Assembly: GCA_030603275.1 (NCBI GenBank)
Contig: JAUVYB010000006.1
Span: 5,205-69,204 of the forward strand
Length of the DNA: 64,000 bases
Origin: Deltaproteobacteria bacterium
GTDB lineage: Bacteria > Chloroflexota > Dehalococcoidia > Dehalococcoidales > BS750m-G39
Reading direction: 5' to 3'
Under the pieces are notes generated by a model that was not told the origin of the DNA, searched no databases, and saw nothing but the letters and a program-made list of their open reading frames with translations. Position 1 is the stretch's first letter. Each line of letters starts with the position of its first letter. Below, in pieces: positions 25,195 to 33,562 of this stretch. Position numbers and translations under genes: made by a program.

Positions 25195-27684
25195 CTAGTC
25201 TCCAGAATAGGCATTGCGCAAAACCTCAGAGGGAGTGGTTACGCCCTCCTTTACCTTGCGCATACCGTCTTTCATCATCGTTACCATGCCTTCCTTGAGC
25301 GCCTGGGCACGAATCTCACTGCTGCTAACCACGCTGGTGACCATCGTCCTTATAGTGTCACTCATGGCCAGAAACTCAAAGATACCGATTCGACCCGTAT
25401 AGCCTGTATAGGCACATGATTTGCAGCCAGTGCCATAGATGAATTCGGTCCGCTTTTCCCCCATCTCTTTTTCGTAAGCCATCTGTTCTATCAGCGGCGC
25501 TTCAATAGGATGGCCGCAATCACGACAGACACGACGCACCATCCGTTGACCTATAACACCAATAACCGCCGAGGCTATCAGGAAGGGTTCTACTTTCAGG
25601 TCAATGAGACGGGATATCACGCCGGAAGAATCGCTGGCGTGTACCGAGGATAGCATAAGGTGACCGGTGAGGGCGGCTTGGACCGCTATGTTGGCTGTTT
25701 CGGCGTCGCGTATCTCACCGACCATTATTATATCGGGGTCAAGGCGAAGTATGCTCCGCAGTCCGCTGGCAAAGGTAATGCCGGCCTGGGAATTGACCTG
25801 AATCTGATTGATGTCCTTAAACCGATATTCAGCCGGGTCTTCAATAGTAATAATGTTTCTGCCCAGAGAGTCAAGCGAGTTTATGCCGGCATATAGAGTG
25901 GTGGTCTTGCCCGCCCCTGTAGGACCGCTGGTTAAAATCATGCCGTAGGGAATCTTGAGCATGGCTTCAAACTTGGCCTGGCTGTCAGGCAACATGCCTA
26001 GCTCAGCCATCCCTAAAGACGCTACCGACTTATCTAACAGGCGCAGCACCGCCATCTCGCCGGTAACCGTGGGAGTGGTAGCGACACGAATATCTATCTC
26101 CCGCCCTTTGGCACTGACCGAAAACTGGCCGTCCTGGGCCCGGTGACGGTCGGCAATATTTAAATCGGCCAGAATCTTGATGCGGGAAAGGAGGGCTAAA
26201 TGTATATTCAGCGGTAACGACATAAGGTCCTGAAGGGTGCCATCAATACGATAGCGTACCCTTAATCTGTCTTCTTCCGGCTCAATGTGGATATCAGAGG
26301 AACGGGCTTTGACCGCCTCTTCAATAATGAGGTTGAGCGCCTGAGCCAGAGGAGCGTCAGTATCAGTACTAAAGGCCAATCTGTCCGCAGATGCCTCATC
26401 AGGCACGTTAACGCGAGAAAGCTGTTTCTCAATCTCGCCATAGCCTTTGTAGTTGAAGTCGATAGCCTCCCGCACCTCATCGGCGGTGGCAGCTACCGGT
26501 TTAATCCTCATCCGGCTCAGCGCCGAAAAAGCCTCCAGGGCAAAGATGTTAGTGGGGTCAGCCATGGCTACCTCTAAGGTATTACCGGATACCACCATCG
26601 GGATGGCACCGTACCTTCTCGCCATCACCTCAGGAATCAACTGCAGGGCTTCCGGCCGAAGGCCATGCATTAAGCGTTTGCGCACCGATTCAGTGGTCGA
26701 AGCCTCTTTCTTTTCTTCTTTGGCTGGCTCCTGCACCATTGGGGCTATCTTCTCTTCCAAAAAGGCTTTCTCCTCCAGAGAGGCTTCTTCCTCCACCAGT
26801 GGGGCTATCTTCTCCTCCAGAGAGGCTGACTCCTCCACCGGTGGGGCTGGTTTTTCTTCGGTGAGCACAGCCTGAGGAGCCGGCTTATGATTTAACTGAA
26901 ATACTTTTATCCGCTGGTGCTCGGCAAATTGCTTGGCTTCAGGGCTGAGCCGAGGCGATATAATAATGGCTTTTTCATCAACGCCTACCTCGTAGGCTTT
27001 GGTGTCAAATACGGATACCTCCTCCAGGCTTACCTCTTCTTCCCCATCAATGAAATCTATGCCCAGGCTGTGGCTGACCTGGTCGGTATTGGTATAGGCT
27101 AATACATCAAAGTTGTATTCCAGCCCGGAGCGGCCTCTAATTTTGGCTTTTTCCTCGACAGTGTAGCCCCGACTGACCAGAGATGCCACCAGTTGTTCTT
27201 TGGTCTCAAATTTGAGGGGCTCCTGTGGCTGAGCTGGCTGCTGCTGCTGCGGCGGTTGCTGCGGCTTCACCTCTAACATCGACTCTATCTGCTCCATGTT
27301 TATGACCTTTATCCGCTGCTTCTGGGCTAATTGCTTTGCCTCCTGACTAAGCTCGGGGTTGGCGATAATAACCCGACCCTGGATGCCGGTATCGTAGGCT
27401 TTGTTGGCAAAACTAAAGATAGCGGCTACCTCCTCCTCCCTGTCACCACCGGCGGTAACGCAGATGGCAATATTGTAGGTGGTGAAACCATCATCCTTCT
27501 GAGCCAGCATATCAAAGGTATGCTCAATCCCAGACTTACCCATAAGCTTGGCTCCATCGGTTATTACGTAGCCCTGCTTCTCCAGGTAGTCTCTGACCTG
27601 GGATTTGAGTTCTTCGTCGATTTTCACCTGACCCATCTCATCTCCCCCACTATCAGCTACTCCTGTCTCCATTACTCTTTCCAC
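25195..27684 (-). CDS. pilB: type IV pilus assembly ATPase (GspE/PilB family) with ~340-aa N-terminal extension
   Basis: 829 aa. The T2SSE_N-like region (LIPEVMARRYGAIPMVVSGNTLEVAMADP) starts near aa 345. It has Walker A GPTGAGKTT, Walker B IMVGEIRD and the tetra-Cys motif CRDC...CKSC. The start codon is uncertain because several Met codons lie in the first 17 codons. Confidence 0.93.
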   Translation of the reverse strand: MERVMETGVADSGGDEMGQVKIDEELKSQVRDYLEKQGYVITDGAKLMGKSGIEHTFDMLAQKDDGFTTYNIAICVTAGGDREEEVAAIFSFANKAYDTGIQGRVIIANPELSQEAKQLAQKQRIKVINMEQIESMLEVKPQQPPQQQQPAQPQEPLKFETKEQLVASLVSRGYTVEEKAKIRGRSGLEYNFDVLAYTNTDQVSHSLGIDFIDGEEEVSLEEVSVFDTKAYEVGVDEKAIIISPRLSPEAKQFAEHQRIKVFQLNHKPAPQAVLTEEKPAPPVEESASLEEKIAPLVEEEASLEEKAFLEEKIAPMVQEPAKEEKKEASTTESVRKRLMHGLRPEALQLIPEVMARRYGAIPMVVSGNTLEVAMADPTNIFALEAFSALSRMRIKPVAATADEVREAIDFNYKGYGEIEKQLSRVNVPDEASADRLAFSTDTDAPLAQALNLIIEEAVKARSSDIHIEPEEDRLRVRYRIDGTLQDLMSLPLNIHLALLSRIKILADLNIADRHRAQDGQFSVSAKGREIDIRVATTPTVTGEMAVLRLLDKSVASLGMAELGMLPDSQAKFEAMLKIPYGMILTSGPTGAGKTTTLYAGINSLDSLGRNIITIEDPAEYRFKDINQIQVNSQAGITFASGLRSILRLDPDIIMVGEIRDAETANIAVQAALTGHLMLSSVHASDSSGVISRLIDLKVEPFLIASAVIGVIGQRMVRRVCRDCGHPIEAPLIEQMAYEKEMGEKRTEFIYGTGCKSCAYTGYTGRIGIFEFLAMSDTIRTMVTSVVSSSEIRAQALKEGMVTMMKDGMRKVKEGVTTPSEVLRNAYSGD
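26741..26850. repeat. imperfect in-frame tandem repeat inside pilB (acidic E/K/A/P linker)
   Basis: GGGGCTATCTTCTC occurs at 26741 and 26801. CTCCTCCAGAGAGGCT...TCCTCCACC.GTGGGGCT occurs at ~26770 and ~26813. The region encodes PPVEESASLEEKIAPLVEEEASLEEKAFLEEKIAPMV. Confidence 0.7.
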
Positions 27685-27758
27685 TCAAGATACCTTTTCC
27701 TTATCTTAATTGTTTGGAATTAACCGCGCATAAAACCGGCGTGCAAATTCGTTTAAAA

Positions 27759-28442
27759 TCATGCCCTTACCTCCGCTGGAATCCAGCCGTTGCGCATAGC
27801 CAGAGCCACGGCATGGGCCCTGTCGTTGGCATTAAGCTTGCGCAGGATAGAGCTAACATGATTTTTTATCGTCTGTTCACTGATTTCCAGAATGTGGGCA
27901 ATCTGCTTATTGGAGTTGCCCTGGGCAATGTAGTTCAGAATCTGGGTTTCCCGGTAGGTGAGAGGAGCGGTTACCGTCTCCATGACTTTCCCCGCCGAAA
28001 CTATATCCCGAAATTGCCTTAAGACATGTTCGGCAACCGCCGGCCTGGTGATAAGGCTGTCATTGATGGGGTATTCTCCATGACAGGCCCGATTTATCAC
28101 GCTGACCAGCTCTTCCGTAGTGGTGTTTTTATTAAGGTAGGCTACGGCACCGGTTTTAATAACCTCAAATAGCTCATCGTCATTGGAGTTGGGGCTCAGT
28201 ATCACTACCTTGCTGTTGGGATAGCGACGGGCAATCTTGCGCCCCATCTCAAGGCCGCTTAAGGCCGGGAAGTTGATATCCAGAAGAACGACATCCGGGG
28301 ACTCGGCTTCAATTATATCTAATGACCCATCATCGGGAGCACCCTCCAGTACCCTGAATCCGGCCTGTTCTGATAGTGCCTGCCGTACACCGGACCGAAA
28401 AAATGCCTGCTTATCAATTATCACTACCGCAATCTCATTCAT
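27759..28442 (-). CDS. NarL/LuxR-family response regulator (paralog of 7077-7751)
   Basis: 227 aa. The receiver keeps D (VVLLDIN) and K (YLNK), but the acidic pair is reduced to D-K (VVIIDKQAF). The LuxR HTH reads ETQILNYIAQGNSNKQIAHILEISEQTIKNHVSSILRKL. Confidence 0.9.
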   Translation of the reverse strand: MNEIAVVIIDKQAFFRSGVRQALSEQAGFRVLEGAPDDGSLDIIEAESPDVVLLDINFPALSGLEMGRKIARRYPNSKVVILSPNSNDDELFEVIKTGAVAYLNKNTTTEELVSVINRACHGEYPINDSLITRPAVAEHVLRQFRDIVSAGKVMETVTAPLTYRETQILNYIAQGNSNKQIAHILEISEQTIKNHVSSILRKLNANDRAHAVALAMRNGWIPAEVRA

Positions 28443-28684
28443 CCAGACACCTCTTCACCAGTTTCGCTAAAGAGCTCATCCCCGCCATTGTTGTTCTGTT
28501 CGGCAAGAAAGATGGAAACATCCTCATGGCGGAATCTCCGGTCACCCCGAGAGCCGATACGATACGCCTTTATTACCCCCTGATTACTCCACCGCCTTAC
28601 CGTATTAATATGCACATTAAGAAGACGGGCTACATCGCTCGTCGTCAGCATAGGATCAATATTGTTATGATTGCCATTAGCCAT
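28439..28684 (-). CDS. excisionase/MerR-superfamily HTH DNA-binding protein
   Basis: 81 aa; LTTSDVARLLNVHINTVRRWSNQGVIKAYRIGSRGDRRF. It overlaps the downstream response-regulator gene by 4 nt and is the first gene of the minus-strand pilus operon. Confidence 0.8.
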   Translation of the reverse strand: MANGNHNNIDPMLTTSDVARLLNVHINTVRRWSNQGVIKAYRIGSRGDRRFRHEDVSIFLAEQNNNGGDELFSETGEEVSG

Positions 28685-28898
28685 AACTTGCTTCCTCCCG
28701 TGAACTATCTAAACCTCACCTCTTACTACTGTAAATTATCTTACTTCCCGTAACAATCACCCAAAGGGGCTATTGGGAGCTAGTAATTAGTAATAGTACT
28801 TTTGAGCTAGGCAAATAGTCGGGCAAATAAGTGAGGTAGATGTACCTGTGGGCGGGGGTTAAGAGGATAAAAGAATTAAGACCGGATAAGGAGACTCG

Positions 28899-30485
28899 CT
28901 ACCGGCTACGCCTTTTGTAGAACCAGAAGACAAGGCCAGCCAGCACCAGGGCGACGAGGCCGTAAATGATATACCAGACCCCGCCGGACATGGCCGTGCG
29001 GGAAAAGCCGACGTAGAACAGCCCCACCGATGACCACTCGCCCTCATTGGAGGCGCCGTCTACCGCCTTTACCCGCCAGTAGTAGGCTTTCGAGCCGGCT
29101 GGCGCCAGCTTCTCATCCTCGGTCAGGGTATATTCCGAGAGGAGTATGTCTTCCCTGTCCACCGCCAGGGTGTTAAAATCAATATCCGAGGCAACCTGCA
29201 GGGTATAGCTCACTCCGCTGGGGTCGGTGACGTCTCCCCAGACAAAGCGCGCCTTTTCCTGGGCCGTGCCGGCAGTCTCCGGCAGTCGGGGCAGCGGCAC
29301 CGGCGGCGCCTCTGATTCCATAATGAAAGTGGTAGTTCCAGTGGTGGGACCATCAGTGGCCTTTATAACATGGCTCCCGGCAGCGCTGGGGGGGACGGTA
29401 AAGACGGTTGTGAAATTGCCGTCAGGACCGGCGGTGGCGGTAGCCCGAGATATAACTGCATCACCTTCACTATAAGTAATGTTAATCGTAGCCCCGCTTG
29501 CAAAGCCAGCACCGTAGATAGTAAGCTCCATGCCGGCATTACCGGGGGAGGCAGTGGTGGTAACCGGGCCCAGGCGGATGCCGCCCACCACCACCAGCTG
29601 GGCCTCAGCCTTATTGACATTCCTGTCTGAAGCTACCACCTTTATGGTGGCGGGGCTATCGTACAGGGGGGCAGCGAAAACACAACTAAAACTGCCCTGA
29701 AGGTCGGTTTCTATATAATATGGGTTAGTATCAACTCTTTCACCATCAAGGGTGAGGGTTATGGCATACTCCACTCTGAAGCCGGTGCCGATAACCTCCA
29801 CCTCTTTGCCCCCCTCCTGTTGGGACGGAATCAGGGTTATCTTTGGCTCCACGGTGAATATGGCCTCGGGCTTATCACCCGACTCGTCAGCGACGATTAT
29901 AATATGTTCACCCATAATACTGTCGGGAATAATAACGGTGCAGGTGAATTTACCATCGCTATCGGTCGTGGTATCGCCGCTAATTATGTCAATCACCTCA
30001 TCCTCATATTCAACGACGATTGCCTGCTCCGGGCGAAGGTCCTCACCGCTAATCTCAACCTCATCGCCCACCCCACCCTCTTCCGGGGTCAGCCATATTT
30101 CACCCTTGATTACGGTAAAAGTTGCAACGGCAATTATATCCTTATTGGCGCGAACGGCATAAACATAATACTCCCCGCCATGTACATCTTCCTTATGGGT
30201 ACCATCCTCAAGCCTGTCCGGCACCCGAAAAGTTTCGTTGGTTATAAGCATGTAGGCCCTGACCTGGTTATTGATTTTGTCGCCGATATCGGCCTTATCG
30301 CTGGAGAAGTAGAAGCGTACCGGCTCACTACCCGCACTCTCAACATCAACCCAGTCGCCGATTTTGCCCTCATTGGGGGTAAGATTAACGGATACCGCCG
30401 CTGCCAGACTGACGGCAAAAACCGATAAAAGCAGGGCAATAAAAATGCCTGATGCCAGTAGACGACAAATTTGGCGGTATTTCAT
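28899..30485 (-). CDS. cell-surface protein with Ig-like repeats and C-terminal TM anchor
   Basis: The signal-like N-terminus is MKYRQICRLLASGIFIALLLSVFAVSLAAA. About 4 repeats follow the pattern G.G.EV.I.G.GF...TD..G.F...F..P....G.H.I. The C-terminus is VWYIIYGLVALVLAGLVFWFYKRRSR. I moved the start to the ATG at 30485 because the track's TTG start (30524) is the first half of a TTGACA -35 box. Confidence 0.7.
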   Translation of the reverse strand: MKYRQICRLLASGIFIALLLSVFAVSLAAAVSVNLTPNEGKIGDWVDVESAGSEPVRFYFSSDKADIGDKINNQVRAYMLITNETFRVPDRLEDGTHKEDVHGGEYYVYAVRANKDIIAVATFTVIKGEIWLTPEEGGVGDEVEISGEDLRPEQAIVVEYEDEVIDIISGDTTTDSDGKFTCTVIIPDSIMGEHIIIVADESGDKPEAIFTVEPKITLIPSQQEGGKEVEVIGTGFRVEYAITLTLDGERVDTNPYYIETDLQGSFSCVFAAPLYDSPATIKVVASDRNVNKAEAQLVVVGGIRLGPVTTTASPGNAGMELTIYGAGFASGATINITYSEGDAVISRATATAGPDGNFTTVFTVPPSAAGSHVIKATDGPTTGTTTFIMESEAPPVPLPRLPETAGTAQEKARFVWGDVTDPSGVSYTLQVASDIDFNTLAVDREDILLSEYTLTEDEKLAPAGSKAYYWRVKAVDGASNEGEWSSVGLFYVGFSRTAMSGGVWYIIYGLVALVLAGLVFWFYKRRSR

Positions 30486-30495
30486 TCTACCCTCA

Positions 30496-30524
30496 ATAAT
30501 ATGTTTCAATATGCCATCTGTCAA
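30496..30524 (-). promoter_or_regulatory. sigma70-type promoter of the surface-protein gene
   Basis: On the minus strand: TTGACA (30524-30519), 17 nt, TATTAT (30501-30496), 10 nt (TGAGGGTAGA), then the ATG at 30485. Confidence 0.55.
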
Positions 30525-30610
30525 TCACTCTTTCTTCCTACTCCGTTGCCGATCACCGGGGATTTATATCAGCTTTGGCTATGTGCTATACTGTGTTCAA
30601 GGTAAAGGAG

Positions 30611-31246
30611 ATGGGAAACAAGCTGGCTGCCTCTATCCAGCAGCAGGTGGAACAGGCTATCACCATCCTTAAACGGGGTGGCATAGTTGCCTGTCCCACC
30701 GATACCGTCTACGGGGTGGGCGCCGCCATAAACATTGAGCGGGCAGTGGAGAGGGTCTATCAGATAAAGGGGCGGCCGCTCAGCCGGGCGCTTCCCATAT
30801 TGCTGGCCGATAAATCCCAGATAGCCGAGGTTGCTAAAGCAGTGCCACCGCTTGCCTGGCGCCTGGCCGATAAATTTTTGCCCGGTGCCCTGACCATAGT
30901 ACTGTCTAAGGCTGAATCCGTCCCCGATATTGTCACCGGCGGGCTTAAAACCATCGCCGTCCGCATCGCCGACCACCCGGTACCTATCGCCATTGTCCGG
31001 GGACTGGGGGTTGCTATCGTGGGTACCAGCGCTAATCTTAGCGGAAGCCCAAGCGCCCTGACCGCCGAAGAAGTTCGCATCCAGCTGGGCGACCGGGTAG
31101 ATATGATTATCGACGGCGGCCGGTGCCCCGGCGGTAGGGAATCAACTATCATTGATTTGACCGGAGAAATACCGCGGATTCTGCGCCAAGGGCCTATATC
31201 ATCAGAAGAACTGAAAAAAGTATGCCCGAGCCTTGCCCAGGCTTAA
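30611..31246 (+). CDS. tsaC: L-threonylcarbamoyladenylate synthase (YrdC/Sua5 family, short form)
   Basis: GGIVACPTDTVYGVGA and the SANLSG motif are present. The start is placed at the ATG at 30611, preceded by AAGGAG; the track start is 30575. Confidence 0.88.
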   Translation: MGNKLAASIQQQVEQAITILKRGGIVACPTDTVYGVGAAINIERAVERVYQIKGRPLSRALPILLADKSQIAEVAKAVPPLAWRLADKFLPGALTIVLSKAESVPDIVTGGLKTIAVRIADHPVPIAIVRGLGVAIVGTSANLSGSPSALTAEEVRIQLGDRVDMIIDGGRCPGGRESTIIDLTGEIPRILRQGPISSEELKKVCPSLAQA

Positions 31247-31257
31247 GGAGGATATAA

Positions 31258-31698
31258 ATGCGTGTTGCTATTGGCTCTGACCACAGAGGGGTAGAACTGA
31301 AACAGTCTATTATCAACCTGCTCGAGGAAACGGGCCATAGCTACCAGGACTTCGGCAGTGACACCACTGAGTCGGTGGATTTTCCCGATTTTGCCTTGCA
31401 GGTGGCGAAGGGGGTGGCCAGGGGCGATTTTGAACGCGGCATCTTAATCTGCGATACCGGCATCGGTATGTGTATCGCCGCCAATAAGGTTAAGGGAATC
31501 AGGGCCGCCCTGTGCTACAATGCCTTTAACGCCCGCCGAGCCCGCCAGCATAACGACGCCAACATCCTCTGTCTGGGGGGGGGCGAAAAACAGCTGCAGG
31601 ACCCGGTATCGGAAATCGTTAGCGCCTTCCTCACCACCGAGTTCGAGGGGGGCAGGCACCAGCGCCGCATAGACAAGATAAAGGCCATGGAGGGCTGA
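31258..31698 (+). CDS. rpiB: ribose-5-phosphate isomerase B
   Basis: 146 aa. MRVAIGSDHRG...ILICDTGIGMCIAANKVKGIRAA is the RpiB/LacAB signature. Confidence 0.93.
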   Translation: MRVAIGSDHRGVELKQSIINLLEETGHSYQDFGSDTTESVDFPDFALQVAKGVARGDFERGILICDTGIGMCIAANKVKGIRAALCYNAFNARRARQHNDANILCLGGGEKQLQDPVSEIVSAFLTTEFEGGRHQRRIDKIKAMEG

Positions 31699-31723
31699 AT
31701 AGATACCTCCAAGGAGAGGGAAG

Positions 31724-31752
31724 TTGACAATAAATATGAACTGTGCTATCTT
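31724..31752 (+). promoter_or_regulatory. sigma70-type promoter of the ilv-leu operon leader
   Basis: TTGACA (31724-31729), 17 nt, TATCTT (31747-31752). The leader-peptide ATG follows 8 nt later, so the transcript is near-leaderless. Confidence 0.55.
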
Positions 31753-31760
31753 AACTTGTA

Positions 31761-31814
31761 ATGAACACGCAGAATGTCGTATTGGTACTTATTGTTATGA
31801 AACAAAGCCCGTGA
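31761..31814 (+). CDS. candidate ilv-leu leader peptide MNTQNVVLVLIVMKQSP
   Basis: A 17-codon ORF that I translated by hand. Codons 6-12 are an unbroken Val-Val-Leu-Val-Leu-Ile-Val run. The stop codon TGA (31812-31814) sits inside a segment that can pair with the terminator stem. Confidence 0.6.
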   Translation: MNTQNVVLVLIVMKQSP

Positions 31815-31834
31815 GTGGGGTTTCGCCACAACAT

Positions 31835-31860
31835 GCCGTCCCCACGGGACGGCTTTTTTT
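31835..31860 (+). terminator. intrinsic terminator (attenuator) upstream of ilvD
   Basis: GCCGTCCC (31835-31842), loop CAC, GGGACGGC (31846-31853), then T7 (31854-31860). It lies 26 nt upstream of the ilvD ATG. Confidence 0.8.
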
Positions 31861-31885
31861 ATATAATATAATTAGGAAATAAAAT

Positions 31886-33553
31886 ATGAAAAGCGACGCT
31901 GTTAAACGAGGTCTAGAGCGTGCCGGGCACCGGGCCCTGCTGCACGCCCTGGGCTGGAGCAAAGCCGATATAGACAAGCCGCTTATCGGGGTAATCAACA
32001 GCTTTACCGAGATTGTCCCCGGGCATATGCACCTGCCCCAGATCGCCCAGGCGGTTAAGGCCGGAGTGTGGAGCGGGGGAGGCGTCCCCTTTGAGGTCAA
32101 TACTATCGCCGTCTGCGATGGCATTGCCATGAACCACCCGGGCATGAAATACAGCCTGCCCAGCCGGGAGCTAATCGCCGATTCGGTGGAGATAATGGCC
32201 GAGGCTCACGCCTTTGACGCCTTAGTTTTTATACCCAACTGCGACAAGATAATTCCCGGTATGCTGATGGCAGCGGTAAGATTGAACCTGCCGGCTATCT
32301 TCATCAGCGGCGGCCCCATGCTGGCCGGGCGCCGGGAGGTCAACGGTAAGGTGGATAAGATTGACCTTAGCACTATATTTGAGGGGGTAGGCCAGGTAGC
32401 CGCCGGCAGGATGAAGCCGGAGGAACTGGAGGAGTTGGAGGGGCTTGCCTGCCCCGGCTGCGGCAGCTGCTCGGGGATGTTTACCGCCAACACCATGAAC
32501 TGCCTGACCGAAGCCATGGGCATGGGGCTGGCCGGTAACGGCACCATCCCGGCGGTGGATGCCCGGCGGCTTGAGTTAGCCCAAAAAGCCGGACAGCAGG
32601 TGATGAGGCTGCTGGCCGAGAATATACGACCCAGGGATATTATTACCCGGGAGGCGGTTGATAACGCCTTTGCCGTTGATATGGCGCTGGGGGGCAGCAC
32701 CAATTCCGTCCTGCACCTCATGGCCATAGCCCACGAGGCCGGGGTTGATTTCCCGCTGACTCTGGTGAACAAGATAAACCAGCGCACCCCCCACCTGGCC
32801 AAGATGAGGCCGGCCGGCGACTATCACCTTGAAGACCTGGACCGCGCCGGCGGCATACCGGCCGTGATGAAGGAATTAAAAACGCTATTAAACCTGAAGG
32901 TGAAGACAGTCTCCGGGAAAGCGCTATCTGACGTTATCGCCGACAGTAATAATAATGATAAAGAGGTTATCCGCCCCTTTGCCCAGCCTCATTCCCCTAC
33001 CGGCGGCCTGGCCATCCTCTTCGGCAACCTGGCACCGGAGGGAGGGGTGGTCAAAAGGGCGGCCGTCGCCCCGGAGATGATGGCCCACCGGGGAGCAGCC
33101 CGCGTCTTTGATTCCGAAGAGGAAGCTACCAAAGCTATTATGAGCAAGAAAATAAACGCGGGAGAGATAGTGGTCATCCGTTACGAGGGGCCTAAAGGCG
33201 GGCCGGGGATGAGGGAGATGCTCACCCCGACCTCATTGCTCAGCGGCATGGGCATGGATAAAGAGGTGGCCCTTATCACCGACGGGCGTTTTTCGGGGGC
33301 GACGCGGGGGGCGGCTATCGGCCATGTTTCCCCCGAAGCCGCCAGCCGCGGACCTATCGCCGCCTTAAGGGACGGGGATATAATCAAGATTGATATTGAA
33401 AACTATAAGCTCGACGTGGAGCTTAGCGATAAAGAGATATCCGAGCGCCTGGCAAAACTGGCCGAGTTTGAGCCTAAAGTTAAGACGGGTTACCTGAAGC
33501 GCTATGCCGAGAAGGTAACATCAGCCAGCACCGGCGCCGTGTTTACTAGATAG
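31886..33553 (+). CDS. ilvD: dihydroxy-acid dehydratase
   Basis: 555 aa with IlvD/Edd family motifs ([34 protein letters not shown]). Confidence 0.97.
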   Translation: MKSDAVKRGLERAGHRALLHALGWSKADIDKPLIGVINSFTEIVPGHMHLPQIAQAVKAGVWSGGGVPFEVNTIAVCDGIAMNHPGMKYSLPSRELIADSVEIMAEAHAFDALVFIPNCDKIIPGMLMAAVRLNLPAIFISGGPMLAGRREVNGKVDKIDLSTIFEGVGQVAAGRMKPEELEELEGLACPGCGSCSGMFTANTMNCLTEAMGMGLAGNGTIPAVDARRLELAQKAGQQVMRLLAENIRPRDIITREAVDNAFAVDMALGGSTNSVLHLMAIAHEAGVDFPLTLVNKINQRTPHLAKMRPAGDYHLEDLDRAGGIPAVMKELKTLLNLKVKTVSGKALSDVIADSNNNDKEVIRPFAQPHSPTGGLAILFGNLAPEGGVVKRAAVAPEMMAHRGAARVFDSEEEATKAIMSKKINAGEIVVIRYEGPKGGPGMREMLTPTSLLSGMGMDKEVALITDGRFSGATRGAAIGHVSPEAASRGPIAALRDGDIIKIDIENYKLDVELSDKEISERLAKLAEFEPKVKTGYLKRYAEKVTSASTGAVFTR

Positions 33554-33562
33554 GGGGCTATT

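Noticed and set aside
31736-31882. A 48-codon Cys-containing ORF (MNCAILTCNEHAECRIGTYCYE...) overlapping the ilv leader region in another frame.
   Set aside because: Its ATG lies upstream of the predicted transcription start. The nearest SD-like AAGGAG is ~20 nt away. It would have to be translated straight through the terminator hairpin and the T7 run. The BCAA-run mini-ORF explains the region better.
31699-31885. A possible T-box or other riboswitch upstream of ilvD.
   Set aside because: I find no T-box consensus (AGGGTGGTACCGCG-like) or specifier-loop architecture. The leader is too short (~100 nt) and contains a leader ORF instead.
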